Positions 29,347-38,450 of a stretch of DNA of 64,000 bases are shown one piece after another. This stretch comes from an uncultured archaeon. Lineage in GTDB: Archaea; Asgardarchaeota; Thorarchaeia; Thorarchaeales; Thorarchaeaceae. How positions within the stretch are numbered: position 1 is the first letter of the stretch; every line of letters begins with the position of its first letter. Under the pieces are notes generated by a model. It saw nothing but the letters and a program-made list of their open reading frames with translations. It ran no database searches and had not been told where the DNA came from. The stretch is taken from positions 1-64,000 of the forward strand of contig CAYWJO010000001.1 of assembly GCA_964458565.1 (NCBI GenBank), written 5' to 3'. A program made the translations under genes and the position numbers.

Positions 29347-30068
29347 CTCTCACGTTTTTGGAACATGATAGCAATAGGAGCGTTGGCCTTCCGCCACTCA
29401 GCAAGTTTTCCTTCATAATCAAGGGGTATTGGAGTGCGTCCATGGTTACCAATCACAATGAACAAAGTCCCTTCACGTGCCTGTCGTTTAAGCACTTTAA
29501 TCCAATTATCAGTTCGTCGCACAATTTTCTCTAATAATTTCTCAGGAGGCGTTCTATGACCATATTGGGCATAGAGACTCTCAAAATCCAGAAAATGGAC
29601 ATAGAGGAGTTCACTTCTAAAGATGTATTTCGTTGATTCAATATATGCACTCATATCATCACGAATATGAGACGTGCAAGTCTGGTCGAAACCAAAGGCA
29701 TACATATCATCTTCCCGGCAAACAACTTGAACCACTTTGCCATAACGCTTGACATAGTCGAAAAGATGAAAATCTCCAACTCGATTTCCGCGTAAAATTG
29801 TATTGATAAGTGATGAAGCGTACGGACCATCCGTTTCGATAAGGGCTAAAACCTCCATGTTCTTGATCAAGCCCTCAGGTTTGTAGACGACAGCCTCGAA
29901 AAGTCCAAAATTATCAATCATGATAATTACAACTGCTTTGGGATTGAATTTTTGAGTGATTTCTTCGCTTGGAGCTGGAAAGTCCTCTGGAACGACTATT
30001 CCCATTAGTTTCAAAATTGTCGAGGGGAATTGAACTGCTGTGGTGCGTACTTGAGGAAATGAGACCAT
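29343..30068 (-). CDS. Alkaline-phosphatase-superfamily protein with degenerate metal sites
   Basis: 'IIMIDNFG', 'LYVHFLDFE', 'IVIGNHG' map onto the AlkP core strands. Confidence 0.6.
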   Translation of the reverse strand: MVSFPQVRTTAVQFPSTILKLMGIVVPEDFPAPSEEITQKFNPKAVVIIMIDNFGLFEAVVYKPEGLIKNMEVLALIETDGPYASSLINTILRGNRVGDFHLFDYVKRYGKVVQVVCREDDMYAFGFDQTCTSHIRDDMSAYIESTKYIFRSELLYVHFLDFESLYAQYGHRTPPEKLLEKIVRRTDNWIKVLKRQAREGTLFIVIGNHGRTPIPLDYEGKLAEWRKANAPIAIMFQKRES

Positions 30069-30223
30069 TTTTCACCATCCAATACGAACTATAATATCCT
30101 AGATAAGAGTACTGCATAAAATTGTACCTGAACAAGATGCAATCCTACAGAGAGTAGTAGTTCCAAAAATGGTAGCATATAATAGGACGTGTTAATTAGA
30201 AATGGAGAGGAGGAATCGTAATT

Positions 30224-30634
30224 ATGACTGAAATTCCAATTCCAGGAGCTGGTAAGACATATACAACTCCAGGAGTCAGAACATTTGGTATAATGATTGT
30301 TATAACACTACAGGTAATTCTAGCAATAGTTTCATTTGGCTTGGGAGGATTAATTCTGATATCCTATCAGTTTGATTATATTGAATATACTATCGGATCA
30401 ATCGCGCTGATTTTCGTAGGAATTCTCTTTATATTCGCATGCTTCGGATTGTGGAATATGCAACCATGGTCATGGATAGTGACTGTGTTAGCAAATATTA
30501 TTCAAATTGGAGGATATATTGCCTTTATGATTTTCACAGCCATGCCACCAATCTTTGGTATCGGTCAAATAATCATCAGTGTATTGATTTTCCTCTATTT
30601 CCTCATGCCTACGACAAGGAGCCACCTCATGTAG
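30224..30634 (+). CDS. Small four-TM membrane protein
   Basis: 'FGLWNMQPWSW' pattern; GGAGG SD. Confidence 0.7.
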   Translation: MTEIPIPGAGKTYTTPGVRTFGIMIVITLQVILAIVSFGLGGLILISYQFDYIEYTIGSIALIFVGILFIFACFGLWNMQPWSWIVTVLANIIQIGGYIAFMIFTAMPPIFGIGQIIISVLIFLYFLMPTTRSHLM

Positions 30635-30726
30635 ATAAAAAGAAGATAATACAGAAACAAACTCACATTTAGGCTATGCCAAAAGCCTCATTATTGAACA
30701 GTTATTCAAGTCCATAGGCGAATCAA

Positions 30727-31695
30727 TTGACAATCCGTGATATACTCTATACAGATTCAATCAAATTCATTCTGAGTGGCGGGAAAGGTGGCGTTGGTAA
30801 AACTAGCTGTGCAGGTGCAATGGCAGTCCTTTCTGCAAAACATGGCTTTCGCACACTAGTACTTTCAACAGATCCAGCTCACAGTCTCAGTGATAGCTTT
30901 GACCAAGACTTGTCGGGTGGCGACATCGTCGCAATCGAGGGGATAGACAACCTCTGGGGCCTGGAAATTGACTCCAAGAAAGGAATGAAGGAATTTCAAG
31001 ATAATCTACAAACAGGAGGAACAGGTGCAGAATTCGAAATGGCATCCCAAATGCTTGGTGATGTCTCAGGGATGTCACCTCCAGGATCGGACGAAGCAAT
31101 GGCGTTTGGTAAGATGCTTGAGTTTCTTGAGGATACATCATATGACAGAGTGATTTTTGATACAGCTCCTACTGGTCATACTCTGAAATTATTAGAACTA
31201 CCAGATTTGCTAGATAGTTGGTTAGGAAAGGTTCTAACTTTTCGTCAGCGGATAAGTTCCATGATGTCCGGTCTGCGAGGAATGTTTGGTGGAGGTCAAG
31301 ACGAAGACTCTTCATGGGAAATGATACAACGTACGAAAGATAAGATACGAGCTGCAAAACTACAATTACAAGATTCTGACGTGACGCAATTTGTTGTTGT
31401 TTTAATCCCTGAAGCAATGGCCGTCTTTGAAACCCAGAGATTGTTAGGAAGTTTAAATGGTTGGAAAATACCAGCTAGTCATCTAGTCATCAATCAGTTG
31501 GTGCCTGAGAATCCATCATGCAAGTTTTGTGACCAGAGACGCCAGATGCAGCAATCAAACTTGAAAGATATACGGGAATTGTACTCAGATCTTGATATAA
31601 CACCCGTACCACTTTTCGAAGGTGAAATTAGAGGTATTGATGGATTACAGAGACTGGGAGAAATACTCATTCGCGAAAAGGAGGTCGGACTATGA
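30727..31695 (+). CDS. get3: Get3/TRC40-like ArsA-family ATPase (single domain)
   Basis: GGKGGVGKT, STDPAHSLSD, DTAPTGHT, Met-rich insert, CxxC (CKFC). Confidence 0.85.
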   Translation: MTIRDILYTDSIKFILSGGKGGVGKTSCAGAMAVLSAKHGFRTLVLSTDPAHSLSDSFDQDLSGGDIVAIEGIDNLWGLEIDSKKGMKEFQDNLQTGGTGAEFEMASQMLGDVSGMSPPGSDEAMAFGKMLEFLEDTSYDRVIFDTAPTGHTLKLLELPDLLDSWLGKVLTFRQRISSMMSGLRGMFGGGQDEDSSWEMIQRTKDKIRAAKLQLQDSDVTQFVVVLIPEAMAVFETQRLLGSLNGWKIPASHLVINQLVPENPSCKFCDQRRQMQQSNLKDIRELYSDLDITPVPLFEGEIRGIDGLQRLGEILIREKEVGL

Positions 31696-31790
31696 GATAT
31701 GCCTTGAAGAGAAAAATAGTTTCTGCCTTTTTTGTCTTGATATTCATAGGATCAATTATGGCAGCAGTATGGCTACTATTCAAACCTTGA
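31692..31790 (+). CDS. 32-aa single-TM micro-protein (MRYALKRKIVSAFFVLIFIGSIMAAVWLLFKP)
   Basis: ATG overlaps the get3 stop (ATGA) and follows GGAGGT; basic N-terminus then about 21 hydrophobic residues. Confidence 0.65.
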   Translation: MRYALKRKIVSAFFVLIFIGSIMAAVWLLFKP

Positions 31791-31808
31791 GAAGCAGTAT
31801 CTGAGGGT

Positions 31809-31952
31809 CTATGCACCTTTGACTCTCTTGACAACAGGGGGTCTAATCTTGTATAATATTCTTCCACCACAATAAGGGCACTTGACACCAGGTAAAGTCT
31901 TCAAGCCCTCGGGTGTAACTTGCTTGTGACAGGTATGGCAGACATAAACCAT
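31809..31952 (-). CDS. rpoP: DNA-directed RNA polymerase subunit P (Rpo12)
   Basis: Hand translation MVYVCHTCHK...KCPYCGGRILYKIRPPVVKRVKGA; GAGG SD; below the ORF-track length cutoff. Confidence 0.93.
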   Translation of the reverse strand: MVYVCHTCHKQVTPEGLKTLPGVKCPYCGGRILYKIRPPVVKRVKGA

Positions 31953-32028
31953 GAGTTATACCTCGTATATCGGACTTGTAGTGATGCTTTGAGTGGTAAT
32001 AAGAAGTTTTTCTTCTGGCTGTTTGGAC

Positions 32029-33618
32029 TTAATCCCTTTTGATGGCCTTCGCTTCTAATAACCCAGGACTAAGTACACTAACTACGCGTACCGTCAATAG
32101 AGTCCCAGGAGAATATTCACCCCGAACTGTCATCAAAGGTCCTTCTCCCAAGGGATAGAACATTGTGTACTCTTTCTTAGCCCAAGAGGGCTCTGATGCT
32201 ACAGCTCGTAATTCTTTACCAATATATTCATCCTTTTTACGTCGGTTTATTCGCTGCGCTTCTTCCTGCATCTTCTGACCAAGTAAATAATCTCGCTTCG
32301 GTTCAGGAAAATCCTGAAATGCTGAACCAGGCAGGGCTCGAAAGCCATAAAGTATTATTCGTTCTGCACCAGATTGACTGACTGACCTCATTAATTTCAC
32401 TGATTCTTCAACAGTTTCGGATGTTTCCCCTGGAAGACCAAATATAAAGTAGACATATGGAGACATACCGTATTCTTTCGCTAATTTCACTGCACGGAGA
32501 ACATCTTGAGGGGATCCGCACTTCCCAATACTCTCCGCATGTTGAAATGAACCGGTCTCAAGACCTATGTTAGGTGATGTAGATGGCAATATCTCCGATA
32601 ATAATTGAGCGACATGTTCTGAGAAGAGACACGCCTTAATATTCTCAATTGAGAGATGAGCTTGGTCTTCTTGAAACCATGGAAGTGCAGTGATGGTCTC
32701 AAGTAAGGTCCTAATATTTGTAGTATTTGCAGGAGGGGAGCAAGGGTCAGTAAGGAGAGTTTCACTGCGCTGGAAATCCAAGAAATCTGGGGATTCCAGA
32801 ACGATTCGTCTTGCACCTAATGTGAGCAACTCTTCAACTTCATTGACAATGGCCTTAACTGAACGACTTCTAGGAGCACCCCAAGTTCCTGGCACAGAGC
32901 AAAAACCACAACCAGGAGGTATATCCTCAGGACAGTTGACGCGGTCACCAAAATTGGGCGAGTCACAGTTTGAACAGTCACTACACTCTCTACCATCAGG
33001 AAGAGGTAATCGAGTTCGTTTGAAATTTGAACAACCCCGAGTCACTTCAACGTAGATTCTACTTGCTTGATATCCTTGATAATCAGTCACTCTCACCGTC
33101 GAGGGGATAAATTGGTCGGACATCTCTTGAGAGGTCAAGAAGGCTCGTCGTTCTGTAATCCTAACTCCGTCCGAATCTAGAAATCCAATTCCTGGTATCA
33201 AGTCGAGTTCGATATCCTCGGAGAGAAAATTTAAAGAGAGCAATTCATTCAATGTGGACTCACCCTCTCCAATTATCATAACATCGGGTTTGATCTGCTT
33301 GACAATGCTATGATCATTTGCAATTGGTCCACCTAAGAGTGTTCGACCCCGTTTTCTAACATTACTCCATTTTCGGACGAGCTGGTTTACAATAGGAACA
33401 TCCATTGTCATCGCACTGATTGCAAGATGGTCGAAATCTTTCATGCGAGGTTTTCTGACAAAGTCTTCCGCCCTTATTATTCGACATTGAACTGAGTGTA
33501 ATTCAAAGACGCCTGCTATTGCTCTAGGTCCACATCCAATTGAGTCACGAGAACTAGTCCTCTTTCCATGTCCTGCACTTAATGCATCTACAATGAGAAC
33601 CGATTCAGTCATTTTCAT
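32029..33618 (-). CDS. B12-binding-domain radical SAM protein with C-terminal TRAM-like domain
   Basis: 'LLGGP', 'IIGEGE', 'EVTRGC...GCGFC', 'IGLETGS', 'YFIFGLPGET'. Confidence 0.85.
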   Translation of the reverse strand: MKMTESVLIVDALSAGHGKRTSSRDSIGCGPRAIAGVFELHSVQCRIIRAEDFVRKPRMKDFDHLAISAMTMDVPIVNQLVRKWSNVRKRGRTLLGGPIANDHSIVKQIKPDVMIIGEGESTLNELLSLNFLSEDIELDLIPGIGFLDSDGVRITERRAFLTSQEMSDQFIPSTVRVTDYQGYQASRIYVEVTRGCSNFKRTRLPLPDGRECSDCSNCDSPNFGDRVNCPEDIPPGCGFCSVPGTWGAPRSRSVKAIVNEVEELLTLGARRIVLESPDFLDFQRSETLLTDPCSPPANTTNIRTLLETITALPWFQEDQAHLSIENIKACLFSEHVAQLLSEILPSTSPNIGLETGSFQHAESIGKCGSPQDVLRAVKLAKEYGMSPYVYFIFGLPGETSETVEESVKLMRSVSQSGAERIILYGFRALPGSAFQDFPEPKRDYLLGQKMQEEAQRINRRKKDEYIGKELRAVASEPSWAKKEYTMFYPLGEGPLMTVRGEYSPGTLLTVRVVSVLSPGLLEAKAIKRD

Positions 33619-33825
33619 CCCAACTCGTCAGAGATTACTGTAAAAATACTACGAGGTGGCACTTATATGGGTCACCTACGCGTACTGAAAAACTCGATGC
33701 CTATATCTCTCTTCTTGATGCTACACACCAGCTATATGCGTTTTGAGGGATTATAGACAGACTTTTTAATTCTAATTCTGCTTACTCTACAATACTTAGA
33801 CCGAATTTAAGGAGTAATCAGCTTA

Positions 33826-34170
33826 GTGAGTACAGACGAAGGTGGCATATGCCCAAATTGTGGGTTACCTACGGACTTGTGTGTCTGTGAAACAATTGCA
33901 CAAGAGGAAGCCCGAATTACTGTGACTGTTGAACGTAGAAAGTGGGGACGCCTCACAACCGTTGTTGAAGGTTTTGACAAGAATATCGATCTTGGAGACC
34001 TAGCGACCAAGCTAAAAGGCAAACTTGCCTGTGGTGGGGCTGCAAAACATGGACATATTGAACTTCAAGGAGACCATCGTGGAGTAATCCAAGGTGTTCT
34101 TGCAAAACTTGGATTTCCAGAAGAAATGGTCCATATCGACTGGACGTTTATGTCAAAAAGAAGAAGGTAG
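33826..34170 (+). CDS. sui1: Translation initiation factor aIF1 (SUI1)
   Basis: 'CPNCGLP.DLCVCE', 'LACGG', 'IELQGDH'. Confidence 0.95.
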   Translation: MSTDEGGICPNCGLPTDLCVCETIAQEEARITVTVERRKWGRLTTVVEGFDKNIDLGDLATKLKGKLACGGAAKHGHIELQGDHRGVIQGVLAKLGFPEEMVHIDWTFMSKRRR

Positions 34171-34182
34171 TCCAAGAGATAA

Positions 34183-34222
34183 ATCGCATGGGACCTCACT
34201 TCAATCGAGGTTTCCGTGTGAT
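34183..34222 (+). terminator. Long hairpin between the convergent sui1 and tfb genes
   Basis: ATCGCATGGGACCTC pairs with GAGGTTTCCGTGTGAT (G-U pairs, one bulge). Confidence 0.45.
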
Positions 34223-34270
34223 GTCTTTACAGACTATTGTATGAGGTATGCCTTTAATTTCTCTAGAAAT

Positions 34271-35236
34271 TTAAGCTAGATTCAGTGAGTCAATACCCAG
34301 TTTTTTGACTAGTTCTTTATATCGATTCCTCACGGTTACTTCAGTGACACGTGCAACCTCTGCAATCTCTCTTTGAGTGCGACGTTCATCCATCATGATG
34401 GATGCTACATAGATAGCTGCGGCTGCAAGACCAAGAGGGTCGCGTCCAATCGTAAGACCAAAGTCGCGACTACGCTCGAGGAGCTCAACGGTGCGCAACT
34501 GAACAGGGCTTGAAAGCCTCAATTCTGATGCAAATCGAGAGATATAATCAACTGGGTTGCTCAAAGGCACTCGCACATTCAAACTGCGAAGTAACAAACG
34601 ATAGCACTGTCCAAGTTTCTTTCTATCGACACGTGATGCATCTGCAACCTCATCAAGAGGGCGTGGTTTCTGGCGAATCCTACAGGCAGCATAAAGCGTG
34701 GCTGCTACCATCGCCTCAATTGAACGACCTCTAACCAATTTCTTGATGATAGCCTTTCTATAGAGCAGAGCTGCTAATTCGCGTATGGGTTTTGGTAATC
34801 CAAGTTGCGATGAGAGACGTTCAAGTTCGGACATTGCCTGCGCCAGGTTACGATCCAAAGAGCTATGTACTCTCGAGCGTATCTGCCATTTTCGAAGGCG
34901 ATACATCTTCGATCGACTCTCTGGACTTAATTTTCTACCAGCAGTATCGCGATCTTTCCAGTCAATAACTGTTGAAAGCCCCTTATCATGTACAGTATAT
35001 CTCATTGGAGCTCCAACTCTACTACGAGCATCTGATTCTTCTGCGCTGAAAGCTCGCCATTCTGCACCTGAATCGATTCTGTGATCAGAAAGAACTAGAC
35101 CACAACTGGCACAGACCCGCTCCCCGCGCCGTGCATCGTCCACTATGGATTTACTTCCGCATTCAGAGCAGGCAACAATTTCTGCTGATATAGAACTATC
35201 CCTTTTCTCCGGTGCAACCCCTCTTGATTGATCCAC
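34271..35236 (-). CDS. tfb: Transcription initiation factor IIB, second paralog
   Basis: Zn ribbon, 'GAEWRAF', two cyclin repeats; start moved to GTG 35236 after GGAGGT. Confidence 0.96.
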   Translation of the reverse strand: MDQSRGVAPEKRDSSISAEIVACSECGSKSIVDDARRGERVCASCGLVLSDHRIDSGAEWRAFSAEESDARSRVGAPMRYTVHDKGLSTVIDWKDRDTAGRKLSPESRSKMYRLRKWQIRSRVHSSLDRNLAQAMSELERLSSQLGLPKPIRELAALLYRKAIIKKLVRGRSIEAMVAATLYAACRIRQKPRPLDEVADASRVDRKKLGQCYRLLLRSLNVRVPLSNPVDYISRFASELRLSSPVQLRTVELLERSRDFGLTIGRDPLGLAAAAIYVASIMMDERRTQREIAEVARVTEVTVRNRYKELVKKLGIDSLNLA

Positions 35237-35399
35237 AATCGGACCTCCACGCATTAAGCCCGAATCGAACTGTCTGAAATCACGGGCCAGTCGAAGAATC
35301 AAGGGACAGTCTCACGGACTTGCTCATTAATTACAGTAACTTATGCATTTAATGATTGCGGGATTGATTTTTTAGCTGATTCAATTCGGGTTTTTTGAA

Positions 35400-36338
35400 T
35401 TAAGTAGTCTGTTCATGACCCTTTTCTGTGATTATGACAGTGTGCTCAGATTGAGAAACAAACTCACCCTTTTCTTCAGCAAGAATATGATGGCCAATTA
35501 AAGCACCGTTCTTCTCAAGCTCCCTAATTGCCATTTTTAGTGTGGCATGCTTCATTTTTTCTGCAAGCCAACGCTCTGCAAATGGAAATTCTTTGTACTC
35601 CTTTCTTGCGATACCTAGAAATTGTTTTGTGCCTTTGAAACGTACAGGGACTCTGATTGGTAGAAGTTGATAGATAAGTGGGTTTGGAAGGTCTGTTACA
35701 TTTCCACTACCCGTACTAGCGAAGGTTTCAATCGCATATACCTCACCTTCCTCAACGAGAACTTCAGATTTTCCTGAAATACAAGGCACCTGCTTCTCGG
35801 AGTGCAGTTCATACTGATTGAGTTGGTGACCAGATAATTGTTTTATGGGTTCAAAACCATAACTCTTGATTGTGTCCTCAATCAACGCTCCTATTGTATT
35901 CAATTTGGCACCAGGTCGCATCATGCGTATTGCAATTTTCGTGGCCTCCTCTGATGCTTTGACCAAGTCCGAATGATCAGGATTAAGAGCGATAGTAAAA
36001 GCACTGTCAGAGATATAGCCATCAACATGTGCTCCAACATCTACTGTAACTAGGTCACCTTCTTGTATGACCGTTTCATCATTCAAAGGAGAGGTATAAT
36101 GTGCAGCGATGTTGTTCAATGCAACATTGCATGGAAATGATGCACCAGAAGAATTTTCGAAGATGTGTTTTTCAGTTGCTTCAACAATATCTAATACCTT
36201 CGTACCAGGTTCGATCATACCTCTAGCAATATCTAGAGCTTCTTTTGCCACAATACCGGCTTTTCTCCATGGTCCCCATTCATCTTCATTACTGTCATCA
36301 GTAGATTCTTGTGGTTTTTCTTCAGGCATTTCATTCAC
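35400..36338 (-). CDS. map: Methionine aminopeptidase type II
   Basis: 'AAHY', 'DVGAHVDGYISDSA', 'GH', 'AIETF', 'SEHTV'. Confidence 0.95.
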   Translation of the reverse strand: MNEMPEEKPQESTDDSNEDEWGPWRKAGIVAKEALDIARGMIEPGTKVLDIVEATEKHIFENSSGASFPCNVALNNIAAHYTSPLNDETVIQEGDLVTVDVGAHVDGYISDSAFTIALNPDHSDLVKASEEATKIAIRMMRPGAKLNTIGALIEDTIKSYGFEPIKQLSGHQLNQYELHSEKQVPCISGKSEVLVEEGEVYAIETFASTGSGNVTDLPNPLIYQLLPIRVPVRFKGTKQFLGIARKEYKEFPFAERWLAEKMKHATLKMAIRELEKNGALIGHHILAEEKGEFVSQSEHTVIITEKGHEQTT

Positions 36339-36387
36339 CTAGAAAACTTGCAATATTTCGCCTCTGTATATGAGTATAAAGGATTCG

Positions 36388-36786
36388 TTAAAGGACCTTC
36401 TCTATTTGCGTAGCAATGCGCGACATCATGAAGAATAGATATCCAAGGTTGACTTTCTTGTTTGTCAGAACAGAAAGGAGTGCATCTTCTCCTGCACCGG
36501 TAATAATCACATAACCGGTTTCACCCTCAATCAGCATTCTAACCAATGAGCCACGTTTCAGTTCTTTGAATACTTTGGCGGTGGCCATTTGAATCTGCAT
36601 AGATCGACCAGAAACTACATCTTCATCCGGAATTAGACTTGTATCAATATCATCAGGGTAGTAAGAAAATATTGGAAGTCCTTGAGACCGGGAGATGATA
36701 AGGCTTACCTGAATATTCCCTTGGGAGGCTCTACTAAGATCAACAAGTAACTCATGAAGCATTTCAGTCTTTGAGGACAAGGTCAT
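36388..36786 (-). CDS. Roadblock/LC7 domain protein
   Basis: 'SQGLPI', 'ELKRGSL..MLIEGETG', 'NLG.LF' pattern. Confidence 0.85.
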   Translation of the reverse strand: MTLSSKTEMLHELLVDLSRASQGNIQVSLIISRSQGLPIFSYYPDDIDTSLIPDEDVVSGRSMQIQMATAKVFKELKRGSLVRMLIEGETGYVIITGAGEDALLSVLTNKKVNLGYLFFMMSRIATQIEKVL

Positions 36787-36829
36787 TTTCCTCCCTAGGA
36801 TTTCTTTTGAACTTGGGGCATACGTGTAT

Positions 36830-37603
36830 TTAAACTCTCTTCGCTCCAGCTCTTTTAAGCGCTGTAACTATCTCAGCTAATCCCTTTATTTCTTTGTCAC
36901 GCATGTTCTTTTCAAGATATGTACCTTGAACAACAATCGAAGCACCAGCATCAACAGCCTCAGATACCGACTTCGCATCATTGAAACCGCCACCTGTAAT
37001 TAAGGGAATGCCAATGGATTGAGATACAGTAGAAATCATTTCTGGGGGTACACCACCACCCTCTGCACCACTACCTGCTTCGAGATAAACGAGTTTGAAA
37101 CCGAACATCTCAGCTGCCATAGCGTATGCAAGTGGTAATTTTGGTTTATCACGTGGAAATGGTTTAGCATCTCCAACCCAAGCAGCAGTCTTTCCTGGAG
37201 CAACGATGAGATATGCCATAGAGATTGGTTCTATTTTTTGCATCTTGATACTAGCTGCAGCAAGTGCCTGCGTACCAACAATGTGGTATGGATTTGTGCT
37301 GTTGAAAAGGCTCATGAAGAATATTGCATCCGCATGACTACAGATTCCGGAGATACCCCCAGGAAATAATATAGTGGGGATGTCAATTTGATCAGAGATG
37401 GCTTTTGTCGCTTCGTCAATAATGAGAAATGCAGTGCTGCCTCCAATCATTATCGCATCAGATCCAGCATCTTCAGCATACTTTGCCATTTTCCCTGCTA
37501 CTTCTGGAGTTATCGAGAATGGATCAGGATCTATCAAACTAAAATGCAATGCACCATCTGATTCAATCTTATCAGTGATATATTTCCATACCTTGCCGGT
37601 CAT
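36830..37603 (-). CDS. Geranylgeranylglyceryl phosphate synthase (group II)
   Basis: 'LIDPD', 'IMIGGS', 'YLEAGSGA', 'GGG', 'VQGT'. Confidence 0.92.
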   Translation of the reverse strand: MTGKVWKYITDKIESDGALHFSLIDPDPFSITPEVAGKMAKYAEDAGSDAIMIGGSTAFLIIDEATKAISDQIDIPTILFPGGISGICSHADAIFFMSLFNSTNPYHIVGTQALAAASIKMQKIEPISMAYLIVAPGKTAAWVGDAKPFPRDKPKLPLAYAMAAEMFGFKLVYLEAGSGAEGGGVPPEMISTVSQSIGIPLITGGGFNDAKSVSEAVDAGASIVVQGTYLEKNMRDKEIKGLAEIVTALKRAGAKRV

Positions 37604-37707
37604 CAGGTGTCCTCCAAATGACTAAACCTCGGCGGTCGGCGATGCTTTTTACGGTTTTGGTAAATCCAAAAGTGGTGTCAGAAGTGATTTTGAAAAGTTG
37701 GAAACGA

Positions 37708-38337
37708 TTAGGAGCGATTCAGTTTCGGAAAAAACCTTCCAGTTCGCGAAATATAGAGTTGATATTCATCTCCAAAACTGGATATCAGGAGTCCCTCTTC
37801 TTTGAGAGCAACAATATAGTATCCAGGAATACCGATTATAGTAATAAAAGAAAGAATTGAAGGCAATAACAAGAGAACACCAACGATACACAAACAATAG
37901 GATATATAGGAGAGGTGGCGGATTCTCGAATAGGGACCTTTTACAATCAGTCTATGTTTTTCACTCATCGCGCAAGACGCGGCCATATCTTGTCTAGCAT
38001 AGCGAGACTATGAATGTAAAATCATTCCCAGAATCAGAAACAGAAACCCAAAAACCCATACTAGAAAAACAGGATTGCAAATTGTAATTATTGCACTTAG
38101 TAGCCATTCTGCTCCAAGCCAAATCCATGCTATGGGAATGAACAGAACAAGAAGAAAAAGAAGTAAAGTTGAGATGATGACCATCGCCATGGCATACGGT
38201 GGGACACTAGATGCAGGCTCACTGAAGCGAGATTTACCTCGTTGAAATGACTTCTGTAAATCAAGTTTAATGTGAAGTACGATATCAAGAAAGGCAGCTA
38301 ATGTGATAACTGGATTTAATATCGCCAAATCAATCAC
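37708..38337 (-). pseudogene. ICMT/PEMT-family methyltransferase interrupted by an in-frame TAG
   Basis: ORFs 38008-38337 and 37708-37986 share a frame, joined by TAG (38008-38010) + SRYARQD; 'GPYSRIRH', 'EE..L...FG.EY..Y'. Confidence 0.7.
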
Positions 38338-38450
38338 GATTAGAAAATAATTCGTCTCTTTTTCTATTCTTCCTAGTTATCTATTGTCAATTATCCTGAG
38401 CCGTAATCCTTTATTACTCAAATGTCCGCGGCGGAGTTATTCAGAGTTCA

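Noticed and set aside
35250-35290. tRNA fragment suggested by GTTCGATTC on the - strand
   Set aside because: No T stem or cloverleaf around it; better explained as part of the tfb leader
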